From positions 7,050 to 71,049 of the forward strand of contig DAIDHK010000004.1 of NCBI GenBank assembly GCA_027459725.1: DNA of 64,000 nt, read 5' to 3'. This document shows, one piece after another, positions 11,579-20,423 of the stretch. Made by a program: the position numbers and the translations under genes. This stretch comes from Candidatus Levyibacteriota bacterium (GTDB lineage Bacteria > Patescibacteriota > Microgenomatia > Levybacterales > UBA12049). How positions within the stretch are numbered: the stretch's first letter is position 1; the number at the start of each line of letters is the position of its first letter. The notes beneath the pieces were generated by a model. The model was not told the DNA's origin. It saw nothing but the letters and a program-made list of their open reading frames with translations, and searched no databases.

Positions 11579-12625
11579 ATGCATAAAACGAAACAACATG
11601 ACACAGCAATAGATTACCTGCGCATGATTTCTATTTTAGCTGTGGTAATGATTCATACCACTACAAAAACAATTCAGTTGTCCAACAACAATTTAGATTC
11701 AGTACCTATTTCTTTGTTTCTTAATCAGGCATCTCGTTTTGCTGTCCCACTATTTTTTATGATATCTGGTTTTGTCTTGGAGATGAATTATCCCTATCAT
11801 ACTGGTTATTTTGGGTATTTGAAAAAACGTTTGAGTAAAATATTTATCCCATATGTCTTATGGAGCGCAATATATTTCTTTTTTGTTTTTCACAAGAAGT
11901 CTATCTTGTCTTTTATTACTACCGCACTTCCAACCGGAGGTTCTTCATACCAATTATATTTTATTCCCTCACTTTTAATTTTTTATTTGCTATTCCCTTA
12001 CATACACTTTAAATATAAGTCTTTATCACAGGCTCCTTCAATTATTATCATGGCAATAGTTCAATTTATTTTTTTAATATTGGATTATTATCTCCACGCT
12101 TTTCCTCTTTTTCACCCCTTTAACATTGTTTTTTTTAATTTTTTTGTTTTCTTTTTAGGAATCTTTGCTTCCCACCATAAAGACAAAGTATTATTTATAA
12201 TTAAAAAATATAAAATATTCTTGTTTCTATCAGCAATTTTATTAACCGTACTTCTTTATCTCGAAGGTAAAATATTTTATCTGGCAACTCAAGATTATCG
12301 AATGTTCTATTCACAATGGAGGCCAAGTGTGGTAATTTACACAATTATTGTCGCTTCATTGCTATACTATTTATTTACTATATCAACAAAATTTAATTTA
12401 TTTGCAAAGCAGTTGTCAAAATATTCATTTTTAGTTTTCTTTATTCATGTAATGGTTATCGAGTATACATGGAATTACTGGGCAGAGAAAATTTTAGGTC
12501 AAACTCAAAATTATTTTCAACAACTATGGTTTGACCCTCTATACTTTTTAATGGTAGTTTCTATTTCATTTATAATTGCTTTTGTAATTCGTAAAATACC
12601 AAAAGTTTCTTTTATTTTGGGGTAG
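11579..12625 (+). CDS. Acyltransferase family 3 (OafA/YrhL-like) integral membrane protein
   Basis: N-terminal IDYLRMISILAVVMIHT motif and about 10 TM helices. Confidence 0.75.
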   Translation: MHKTKQHDTAIDYLRMISILAVVMIHTTTKTIQLSNNNLDSVPISLFLNQASRFAVPLFFMISGFVLEMNYPYHTGYFGYLKKRLSKIFIPYVLWSAIYFFFVFHKKSILSFITTALPTGGSSYQLYFIPSLLIFYLLFPYIHFKYKSLSQAPSIIIMAIVQFIFLILDYYLHAFPLFHPFNIVFFNFFVFFLGIFASHHKDKVLFIIKKYKIFLFLSAILLTVLLYLEGKIFYLATQDYRMFYSQWRPSVVIYTIIVASLLYYLFTISTKFNLFAKQLSKYSFLVFFIHVMVIEYTWNYWAEKILGQTQNYFQQLWFDPLYFLMVVSISFIIAFVIRKIPKVSFILG

Positions 12626-12653
12626 ATGCTACACTTTGCTGTAAAATTTAAAT

Positions 12654-12685
12654 AAGCTTTATATTTAAAAAAATAAAGCTTTTTA
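12654..12685 (+). terminator. Intrinsic terminator after the acyltransferase gene
   Basis: 8-bp inverted repeat aagcttta...taaagctt followed by a T-run. Confidence 0.4.
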
Positions 12686-13409
12686 AAGAGTTCAACTAAA
12701 TCGAACTAATTTATTGCTAAAGCTGAATATAAATGTTGATACTACATATTCAATCAAATGAAGCTAATGATAGTAGAATTCCTTAGATTTTCCCTTGGAT
12801 GAGCCCAAGGGTCGTAGTTCGGAACCAAGTCATACCCGAACTTATTCAGTATTATAGACTTTTTGCTACCCAGATAGCAAAGCTAAATTATCAGCCAGCG
12901 TACTACTCCGTTTAAGTAATTGAACCTATGGATATACTAAACGAAAAAGTAAATAAAAACGGCGGGCCAAAGACCGAAGAGGAAAAGGCTATAAGCAAAT
13001 ATAACGCTGTAAGGCACGGTGTTTTAGTAAGTGTTTTACCCGACTACGAACACGACGAGGCTGATATTATCCAAAACAAGTTAATAGAAGAATACCAACC
13101 GCAATCAATAACCGAAGAGCTACTTATTGAAAGTATGGTTCTTTCGTATATGCGACGATAACGTGCCTGTTTTTAAGAATTACACGGTAGCATTATTACG
13201 TCTTACGAACCTACCACTTCCGGCGCGGAAACCTACCTGCGATATATAACAACCTCCGAGCGACAATTTTACCGAGCCTTACACGAGCTACAATGGTTAC
13301 AAGCTATACGAAATGGCCTTAGACCTACATCAATGGCAGTTGATATTATTGGAGCAAATAATAACGATTAAATACTGCCACATGTCGCACTTAGTTCGTT
13401 TGGTAAAAA

Positions 13410-14408
13410 TTAGTTTGAGGGAGCTATAAGTTTATTAAACTCGGTAGTTGCTTTACTAGTTGCTTCTGTATAAGCTAATTTTCCTCCGGCTCTTTGGTCT
13501 AATAGATTTTTCATAGCAACATAAAAGTCACTCCCCGTACTTGATTGCAATAGTGTATCAACCAATGTTTCTGATTGTTGACCAAAAATCGCTAATAATT
13601 CTTGTTTAGGATTATCAACCTGTTCTTTTCCAAGTCTTTTCTGTATGACTTCCTTAACCACTTCAGCGACAGGTTTACCTGTTTCAACCTCTTGTGACAA
13701 ACCAGATACTCCTTGATAACGAGTATCTTCAATGTAATCGTTCCATTTACTCGCCAAGTGTTCTTCTGTTTGAGCCTCCGTCCAGCCATTTTTCATAATT
13801 AGATATGTTTTAAGGAGTTTAGTATCTACTCCCCATTTCACTTCACGCATACGGGCTTCGCCTGTATCTTCATTACCGGGATTTATTAACGCGGTCATTT
13901 TTTCAAAAATCATTTCCTCTGGTGATTGAACAAAGAAAGTCACTCCATTAATGTTAGTTTCCCTCCAAGGAAAGTGAAGTAACTCGCCACGACCCATTAA
14001 GTCAACCATTTGGCGACCCTCACCAACATAACCTCGTTGTAGTTTTTGAGCCTCTGGGTTCCAGGCAAAGCTTGACATAGCAGTTGCCAGAGCTTCCGGT
14101 CTAACACCAATATCATAGTCATTTTTGCCTCCTGCTATTCGTTGCTCTAATATCATTAGTTGCTGTCCGTCACTTCTAAGTTCGTTTAATGTGGCATACA
14201 TACCCATACTTCCTAATACCACAAACTTTTCTAATGTTTTACCTTTAATTGCCGTTGTTACCTCTGCGACATTTTCAGTAACCAAATCAAGCTTTAATTT
14301 TTCGCCCGCCTCTACGTTATGAGCAATTGAAGAAATACGTTCTGGCAACTTTTCCCCTTTTTTAACTTGGTCAGGAGTGTACGCTGATAAAGACGCTTCG
14401 CTATCCAT
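13410..14408 (-). CDS. Hypothetical protein in a GC-richer foreign patch
   Basis: 332 aa uninterrupted ORF. Composition is clearly different from flanking AT-rich DNA. No motif recognised. Confidence 0.45.
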   Translation of the reverse strand: MDSEASLSAYTPDQVKKGEKLPERISSIAHNVEAGEKLKLDLVTENVAEVTTAIKGKTLEKFVVLGSMGMYATLNELRSDGQQLMILEQRIAGGKNDYDIGVRPEALATAMSSFAWNPEAQKLQRGYVGEGRQMVDLMGRGELLHFPWRETNINGVTFFVQSPEEMIFEKMTALINPGNEDTGEARMREVKWGVDTKLLKTYLIMKNGWTEAQTEEHLASKWNDYIEDTRYQGVSGLSQEVETGKPVAEVVKEVIQKRLGKEQVDNPKQELLAIFGQQSETLVDTLLQSSTGSDFYVAMKNLLDQRAGGKLAYTEATSKATTEFNKLIAPSN

Positions 14409-14461
14409 ACAATAAATATATCATAAGTGCGCCAACTGTCGCACTTTGATACTTGTACGCG

Positions 14462-15511
14462 TCACCCACATTTCGGAAGATTGGTTTCAATAAAAGTAAT
14501 TGGTGACATGTAATGAAGTGACCTATGAGGTCTTTGATAATTGTACCAGAAGAGATATTTGGTGAGTTTTCTGTTCATAGCTGGGATATCATAGTAGATC
14601 TCATCATTTCTCAGGATAAACTCTTCCTGAATAGTTCTGTTAAACCTTTCAATGTAGGAATTTATCTTTGGCATTCTCGGGTATATAAATTGATGCTTAA
14701 TCTTCTGTTCCTCTAAGTATGTATGGAATGACTTAAGAAACTCTGAGCCATTGTCTGTTTGCACAGTGTGAATTGGTGTGGGATTTAATTCTGTAAACTC
14801 CAGAAAGACTCTCGTGGCATTAGCACTGGAGATTGTATCTACATACACTACATGAGCAAACTTAGTGTAAATATCAATGACACTCATAAACAAATGTTTC
14901 TCATAGTTGATGTACACGACAATGGAATCCATTTGGATAAATCCAGGAGTAGTTACCTTAGGAGACTTTCTGACTCTAAGTTTCTTGAATTTGTTTGCCT
15001 GTTTTTGTGGGTAAATCTTCTTTTCAAAGGTGAAATTCTTCCTTTTTATGATCTTACCAATAGTGGTTGCACTAATGGGCGTAATACCTAGCTGTTTGCA
15101 GTAGGCACTAACAAATGGTTTGATAATCTCTTTGCCTATGTTCCCATGCTCCACTCTCATTTGTTTGATAAATTCAATTATCAGTGGGTCAGTTTTCATT
15201 ACTCTTGTTGTCTTGGGTCGTGTTGACTGAGGAACTAATGCAATGACACGTCTATTGTTTCTTTCATATGCCCACTTCCAGTCATAGAACGTGCTTTGTT
15301 TCAGATTAAATGCATCAAGTGTCGCTCTCAATCCATATTTGTAGTAATGGGTTATCACATGCATCCTAAATGCAGCAATATCTGAGATCTCACTAGCCAT
15401 TGAATCCTGTAGAGCTTTCATCTCGATATGATAGCTCAATTTGGAGAGTTTTGGTCTTAAATATATTATTCGTTTAAAATCACTTGCCATAGAACTTGAA
15501 TTTCTATTCAA
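14462..15511 (-). CDS. IS481-family DDE transposase (integrase core, rve)
   Basis: N-terminal HTH. Catalytic core shows IQMDSI...TDNGSEF...NSYIERFNRTIQEEF (D, D, E). Confidence 0.85.
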   Translation of the reverse strand: MNRNSSSMASDFKRIIYLRPKLSKLSYHIEMKALQDSMASEISDIAAFRMHVITHYYKYGLRATLDAFNLKQSTFYDWKWAYERNNRRVIALVPQSTRPKTTRVMKTDPLIIEFIKQMRVEHGNIGKEIIKPFVSAYCKQLGITPISATTIGKIIKRKNFTFEKKIYPQKQANKFKKLRVRKSPKVTTPGFIQMDSIVVYINYEKHLFMSVIDIYTKFAHVVYVDTISSANATRVFLEFTELNPTPIHTVQTDNGSEFLKSFHTYLEEQKIKHQFIYPRMPKINSYIERFNRTIQEEFILRNDEIYYDIPAMNRKLTKYLFWYNYQRPHRSLHYMSPITFIETNLPKCG

Positions 15512-15524
15512 AGTTCCGAAATGT
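14468..15524 (-). mobile_element. IS481-family insertion sequence (about 1.06 kb) with 11-bp terminal inverted repeats
   Basis: ACATTTCGGAA at 14468-14478 and its reverse complement TTCCGAAATGT at 15514-15524 bracket the transposase ORF. The length matches the IS481 family. Confidence 0.5.
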
Positions 15525-15540
15525 ATCGCGACTTATTCAT

Positions 15541-15550
15541 CGAACCAAAT
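15541..15550 (-). repeat. Short copy of the CGAACCAAAT repeat family
   Basis: catCGAACCAAATttag. Shares its core with the copies at 15645, 16346, 17248 and 18101. Confidence 0.4.
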
Positions 15551-15644
15551 TTAGCTTCAGTTTTCGTAATATTGAAGTAATTAGTATTCTCTGGAGATTT
15601 TTTTACCCTCAAGAAACTATTTGCTGGCGAGCTTGCCAACGGTT

Positions 15645-15660
15645 GGAACCAAATCGTGCC
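15645..15660 (-). repeat. Short copy of the repeat family (GGAACCAAATCGTGCC)
   Basis: Matches the 5' 16 nt of the long copies. Confidence 0.45.
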
Positions 15661-15724
15661 TAGTTTCCTCTTAACCTTCGAAAAACTCGAGCAATTAGAA
15701 ATCGAACGACTCATGTGATCGTGA

Positions 15725-16048
15725 ATGAAAACAATTCTTACAAAAATAGTATATAATAGACTTTATATGTCACAAGAATCAAAAGACTTACAATTTAAAG
15801 TGTTAATCGAACAAGATGAAAATGGAGTTTTTGTCGCATCTGCTCCCGCAATTCCAGGTTGTCATACTCAAGGTGATACTTATGAAGAAGCTGTAAAAGG
15901 AATAGAAGAAGCAATTCAATTGTGTCTTGAAGTGGCAAAGGATGATAAGACATATAAAGAAAAGATTGATTTCAGTGAAGTAGAAAATAGGAAACCAAGA
16001 TTTCTAGGTATAATTAATATTCCTATTCGACTCGGCTTCTCGCTATGA
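15725..16048 (+). CDS. hicB: HicB-family antitoxin
   Basis: KVLIEQDENGVFVASAPAIPGCHTQGDTYEEAVKGIEEAI matches the HicB N-terminal domain. True start is probably the internal Met at about 15767. Overlaps hicA by 4 bp. Confidence 0.7.
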   Translation: MKTILTKIVYNRLYMSQESKDLQFKVLIEQDENGVFVASAPAIPGCHTQGDTYEEAVKGIEEAIQLCLEVAKDDKTYKEKIDFSEVENRKPRFLGIINIPIRLGFSL

Positions 16049-16269
16049 GCGGTTTATCTCCAATTAAAGCCAAAGATTTGATAAAAATACTTAAAAAGCT
16101 TGGTTTTGTTGAAAAAAGACAAAAGGGTAGTCACCTCTTTTTATCTCACGAGGATGGAAGAACAACTGTTGTACCAGTTCATCAAGGTAAATCAATTGGC
16201 GTTGGTCTTCTTCGATCAATTCTCCGTGATGTAAAATTATCTCCAGAAGATTCCCAAAAACTTAAGTGA
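16045..16269 (+). CDS. hicA: HicA-family mRNA interferase toxin
   Basis: 74 aa. LKKLGFVEKRQKGSHLFLSH matches the YcfA/HicA fold signature. Confidence 0.8.
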   Translation: MSGLSPIKAKDLIKILKKLGFVEKRQKGSHLFLSHEDGRTTVVPVHQGKSIGVGLLRSILRDVKLSPEDSQKLK

Positions 16270-16345
16270 CTCCGAGAGCCTAAAAACGAGCACTGTAATT
16301 AGAATTTGAACAACTCTAACTGTTAAATAATTAGTGACTATTAGG

Positions 16346-16363
16346 ATTTGGTTCGAATTCATC
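16346..16363 (+). repeat. Inverted (plus-orientation) copy of the repeat family
   Basis: ATTTGGTTCGAATTCATC is the reverse complement of GATGAGTATCGAACCAAAT at 17239-17257 with 18/20 identity. Confidence 0.5.
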
Positions 16364-16621
16364 TTCGCGATGAGGTTAAGAGATAAGGATAGAAAATAGA
16401 TTTTGGAACCATTTTAGCTTCATATTTAATCTATTATGGTTTGAGGTTGAAATGCTGGCCAACTAAGAGTGGAACCCGAAATAGCCTCATTTTTATGAAA
16501 GTATTTGAAGAAAATATTCCCAGAAATAAGATTAGCCTCAGAAAAACAGCTGTGAGCCGTCATCATCATGCTTCGAATCATCCCTCGCGTGGCTAGAGCA
16601 TTTGAGAAGGATGTATGAGGT

Positions 16622-17011
16622 TTAATCAAGTTCAAGAAAACCAATCTCAACATTGCTTAAAAAGTCTATTATTGTTTCATGCTTTATCTTTATTAGTTCA
16701 ATGATTGTATTTGTGTCAGTATTCCCAGTATTTATTCGGATAATTTTTGGCGGGAATCCTTTGAGGAGACTAATATTATCAAAATCTGTATCCTGGGTGA
16801 CAATTGTAAATTTATTCTCTTTTGCATAATCCCATATCTTCATGTCATCTGCTTCTTCCAAACGAAGTAATTTTACATGTGAACTATTCGGGAAAATATG
16901 CTCAAGTTGTTTAATAATCTTATACGATAAGTTTTGATCAAATAACAACTTATGCATAGAGGGTCTTTTTCTCTTTATCTGCAGCAAATTGAAGAGCAGC
17001 TTTAATATCAT
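16622..17011 (-). CDS. PIN-like (DUF5615 / Mut7-C-like) putative toxin
   Basis: Conserved acidic residues (QDTDFDN). It is the usual partner of DUF433. True start is probably Met at 16957, giving an 8-bp overlap with the upstream DUF433 gene. Confidence 0.55.
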   Translation of the reverse strand: MILKLLFNLLQIKRKRPSMHKLLFDQNLSYKIIKQLEHIFPNSSHVKLLRLEEADDMKIWDYAKENKFTIVTQDTDFDNISLLKGFPPKIIRINTGNTDTNTIIELIKIKHETIIDFLSNVEIGFLELD

Positions 17012-17168
17012 TTGCAGTTAGTTCAGGGAAATCTTTCATAATTGTCTCAATGTTCATACCTGATGCGAGCCATTTTAGGATGTCATAGACTGTAATTCGT
17101 AGCCCGCGAATAGTAGGTTGACCACCACGTTTTCCTTTTTCAATTTTTATGATGTTTCTATAATCCAT
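16950..17168 (-). CDS. DUF433 putative antitoxin
   Basis: 72 aa. GGQPTIRGLRITVYDIL matches the DUF433 core. Confidence 0.7.
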   Translation of the reverse strand: MDYRNIIKIEKGKRGGQPTIRGLRITVYDILKWLASGMNIETIMKDFPELTANDIKAALQFAADKEKKTLYA

Positions 17169-17236
17169 AGTAAGTTTAGTGTAGCACGCTAGGTTTTCTA
17201 ATGCAACTTACCATATTCTTTGACTTTACTAAAAAA

Positions 17237-17357
17237 TCGATGAGTATCGAACCAAATTGTGCCTAACAAATTTTAAGAAAAATCATAAAGTGGACAAAAT
17301 TTGAAATATTCGAGACTAACGATTTGTACACCATGCCTACGTGTTCCCTTCGGTAAG
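17237..17357 (-). repeat. Long (about 120 nt) repeat copy A, possibly a structured sRNA
   Basis: Aligns over about 120 nt with copy B at 18089-18210. The GACTAAyGAT and GTGTTCCCTTCGGT blocks lie exactly 100 nt from the CGAACCAAAT core in both copies. Minus-strand reading ends in a short hairpin plus T-run. Confidence 0.5.
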
Positions 17358-17718
17358 CCAAATGATTACAAGGTGGAACACTGTTGTATCATCTTTATCT
17401 GTTTTATATAAAAATCTGGAGATCATAGAATTTAATAGAGAACTAATGGTGCTAAATTTCTGAAGATTATAAATAATACATTAAAGCAAACAGCCCAACG
17501 AGAATTGTATAAGCTTATAGGTACGGAACAAGAACTGACTTCAGTATATATTCGATCAGATCGTGCTGTTTTTTTGTCAGATAAGGCACATATCGTATTG
17601 AAAGTTTCTATTGACAGAAAATTATTAGAAAAAGAATATGAGTTTCTTATAAAAGCAAAACAAACTTGTGTATCGAGATTACTAGAAGAGTGGAAGAACA
17701 AAGTACATTATTATAAGT

Positions 17719-18015
17719 TTACTTATTAAAAGAGTTATCTACATCTTTTTCATCTTTATTACTTTTTCTTCTAAATAAATTTATAAGACCCAAAATAAAT
17801 ATTAATCCTCCTATTGAACCTATAATTCCTCCATAGAAAATGATCAAGAGTAATAATCCTAATATAGTTGCACTTATAGGTGATATATTGAAGCCTAGGT
17901 TATCTTTCAAATTAAGAAAGCCCTTTTTAGATCTTTCAGGTTTACGCTTATCTAACCATCTTAGTATTAAAAATGCTATTGCAAAAATAAAGATAATAAG
18001 TAGTAATACTTCCAT
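17719..18015 (-). CDS. Small two-TM membrane protein, hypothetical
   Basis: 98 aa, two hydrophobic helices, charged tail. Confidence 0.35.
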   Translation of the reverse strand: MEVLLLIIFIFAIAFLILRWLDKRKPERSKKGFLNLKDNLGFNISPISATILGLLLLIIFYGGIIGSIGGLIFILGLINLFRRKSNKDEKDVDNSFNK

Positions 18016-18088
18016 AATTAAAATATATTCCGGTATAACATTAAATGCAACAGTATAAACCCCCTATTTTTTTGATTTTATTAAAAAA

Positions 18089-18210
18089 CCCGACGGGAAT
18101 CGAACCAAATCGTGCGCAACTTAAATACGTATAAGTTTGAAGAAGAAAAAAAATGAAAACATCCAAGACTAATGATTCTAACACCGTGCGTAGGTGTTCC
18201 CTTCGGTGAA
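18089..18210 (-). repeat. Long (about 120 nt) repeat copy B, possibly a structured sRNA
   Basis: See copy A. Contains hairpin ACACC-TACGCAC-GGTGT. The 3' end (minus strand) reads GGTTCGATTCCCGTCGGG followed by TTTTTT. Confidence 0.5.
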
Positions 18211-18427
18211 CTGTTCCAACCAACTTTCGAACCAGTTTACAACTATCTTACACGAGTTTATCAAACATTACAATACGCGCAGGTGCAAATTCCTTCCTTT
18301 TACTAATTTTATAGTTAATAACTATATAATATATAAAAAATGTATTACATCTTAATAAATGTTTATTTACAAATAGTATCGGCTATTTTACTTATAATTC
18401 TAAAAGGCTTATAACAATTATTGTTTT

Positions 18428-19300
18428 CTACTTTGTTTTCCTGTGTAAAAGGCTTATCTCTACATAAGTATCAAACTTTCTTAATGAACAGTTAATAATT
18501 TTATATTGTTTCAGTCTTTTAGCAAAATAAAGGTAAATTATGTAACACGTTACAAGCACGTGGGTCATATTTTCTGGATTACGGTCAAGTATTAGTGTTT
18601 CCCCCTGTGGTGTTTTAAGCCAGAAGTGGTTAATCCCTCGCATTTGTAGGTGCGCATATTCAGAGAACATTTTATACACAAGTAAATATGTACTCTCTAA
18701 ATCTCCGCTACCATCTTTCTTGCTTTTCGCTTGCCTTTTATCTGTTGTCTTTGCCCTTTGTAGAAGGTTTGTCCAAACTCTATCAAAGTCCTTTTTGCTG
18801 GCAAATGAAAGTCCTAAATCTTTCTCATATTTAACAAATTCTTGCTCGTTATCTTTCAACATCTCTGTCAACTTTGCGTCCGTAAGTGTTTTTCCTTGCT
18901 TTCTAGGGTAACGCTTGTAGAAATCCTGCATTTGTTCTACCAGAGATTTTTTATAGTATGTGTCCTCAATTGCGAATAGCCATAGCTTGTTGTTATTTGG
19001 ATAGCTTAGGACATAGTTAGAATTTATGTATGCTTCAATTAAACTGCGCAATATAACCATAGCTGACTCTGGTCTACCTTGTTTGCATAACTCAAAAATA
19101 GCTTCTGTGTATGAATTTATCGCAGCAAAGATTGCAACAACTAGGGTTTGCTTTGGCTTTAGCTTATCTTTATAGATAGGGTTTGCTGTCAAATACTGTT
19201 TCGTGTAATTAACTAATTCCGCCAAGTGTTCCAGTATTTCTTGGTCTTCTTGTTTTATCTGAAAAATTCTGTCCATTGTGCTTACTGTATTATATTGCAA
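18428..19300 (-). CDS. Hypothetical protein (island cargo)
   Basis: 290 aa clean ORF. No recognised motif. Confidence 0.5.
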   Translation of the reverse strand: MQYNTVSTMDRIFQIKQEDQEILEHLAELVNYTKQYLTANPIYKDKLKPKQTLVVAIFAAINSYTEAIFELCKQGRPESAMVILRSLIEAYINSNYVLSYPNNNKLWLFAIEDTYYKKSLVEQMQDFYKRYPRKQGKTLTDAKLTEMLKDNEQEFVKYEKDLGLSFASKKDFDRVWTNLLQRAKTTDKRQAKSKKDGSGDLESTYLLVYKMFSEYAHLQMRGINHFWLKTPQGETLILDRNPENMTHVLVTCYIIYLYFAKRLKQYKIINCSLRKFDTYVEISLLHRKTK

Positions 19301-19440
19301 ATTACTGATGATAATTTTATTAAATAATATTATAACTCTAAATTATTAGTTTATCCTTTCATGGCAATCTAAATTGACATTTATAATTTTATGTTTTATA
19401 CTAAAAATGTCTCAAAGATAAACTTGAGAACGGGTTCAGA

Positions 19441-19529
19441 AGAATAGTCATTAGGTCCCTTACGGGTGCTGTTGATGGTTTTTGACTATTCTCAGCCGAC
19501 AGCATCACCCGCAAGGGACTTTTTATTTG
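19441..19529 (+). promoter_or_regulatory. Interleaved inverted repeats plus T-tract (attenuator-like leader or operator) upstream of the rep-like gene
   Basis: IR1 agaatagtca (19441-50) pairs with tgactattct (19483-92). IR2 gtcccttacgggtgctg (19455-71) pairs with cagcatcacccgcaagggac (19500-19), followed by ttttatttg. The two stems are mutually exclusive. Confidence 0.4.
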
Positions 19530-19596
19530 CTGATTACTATTTCCAGCTCGTTATTGGACTTTCCAGCCAATAGCTCCTAAATAGACGGGAGTTATT

Positions 19597-20358
19597 ATGG
19601 CTGAGAGAGTAAACACGATAAATATTGCATATTTTAAGCAACTTTGGAAACTATACGGCATAAACCGCTCTGAATATCTATTACTGAAATACATTGCCAG
19701 AACAACTGGAAGTGATGGATGGTCTCACGCACGCCTTAAAACAATTGCTAATGATTTGGGTCGAAGTGTAAAAGCTAAATTCATTTCAAAACTTATGAAA
19801 CGGCTCTCACATGAACGATATGCACACAGTAGAATTATTTCTCCTTTACTTGAACGAAAAAACAAGAGTACACGCTTACTTTTCCAGTGGGATGAAGATT
19901 CATATAAAGCAGAACTAGGAGGGTATTTAACAGCAATGGTTGGTGCGCAGAAAGAGTCTGGGCTAACACTTTTGCAACATAACGTGCTAAGGATAGTTGA
20001 AAACTATGCACGAAAACAGGGGTATAGCTGTAACTATCACAATCAAGGAATATGGCTTTCCTGGACAGATATTTCAAGAGCAGATATTGCAAATAAAGTG
20101 AATATAAAGGCTCAAAACGTGAAGCGCATGATTGATAGATTAAGGGTATTAAGAAGAATTGATACAGGAGCAATTTTAGATTCCGGTGGTTCAATAATAT
20201 GCAAGAAGGCAATTATAATCTTAGAGGGAGTTTTGGACATTGAAGCAAAATATGAGCTTCCAATGTCGCGCATGACAAAAAGAAATATGTTTAATAGAAA
20301 TAGGGATGATTATCGTGATAGAATCAACAATGAAAGAGATTTTGAGGAGGAATTTTAG
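19597..20358 (+). CDS. Putative replication initiator / DNA-binding protein with two winged-helix-like segments
   Basis: 253 aa, basic. Two HTH-like stretches (ARLKTIANDLGRSVKAKFISKLMKRL and RADIANKVNIKAQNVKRMIDRLRVLRRI). Immediately followed by iterons. Confidence 0.4.
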   Translation: MAERVNTINIAYFKQLWKLYGINRSEYLLLKYIARTTGSDGWSHARLKTIANDLGRSVKAKFISKLMKRLSHERYAHSRIISPLLERKNKSTRLLFQWDEDSYKAELGGYLTAMVGAQKESGLTLLQHNVLRIVENYARKQGYSCNYHNQGIWLSWTDISRADIANKVNIKAQNVKRMIDRLRVLRRIDTGAILDSGGSIICKKAIIILEGVLDIEAKYELPMSRMTKRNMFNRNRDDYRDRINNERDFEEEF

Positions 20359-20364
20359 CAAAAT

Positions 20365-20423
20365 AATCATATGTACCCTTTATATAATCATTTGTACCCC
20401 TCAAAGTAATCAATTGTACCCCT
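20365..20423 (+). repeat. Three direct iteron-like repeats AATCAWWTGTACCCYT at 21-22-bp spacing, followed by AT-rich palindromes (candidate origin)
   Basis: Copies at 20365-20380, 20386-20401 and 20408-20423, then TGTACATATAG / ACATGTATATAC palindromic AT-rich DNA. Confidence 0.55.

Noticed and set aside
16426-16653. 75-aa ORF downstream of the PIN-like gene
   Set aside because: It overlaps the 3' end of the PIN-like gene, has low complexity and no support.
17432-17729. Overlapping opposite-strand ORFs 17432-17701 (-) and 17505-17729 (+)
   Set aside because: The two exclude each other and neither has motifs or a clear start context. Coding status is unresolved, so neither is listed as a feature.
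17237-18226. Minus-strand GGTTCGATWCC-like motif suggested tRNA genes, possibly intron-containing, at 17.25 and 18.1 kb
   Set aside because: Hand folding fails. The five nucleotides flanking the putative T-loop (TTTGG / CCCGT) cannot pair. No acceptor stem or anticodon arm can be built. The units are about 120 nt long. They are treated as a repeat or sRNA family instead.
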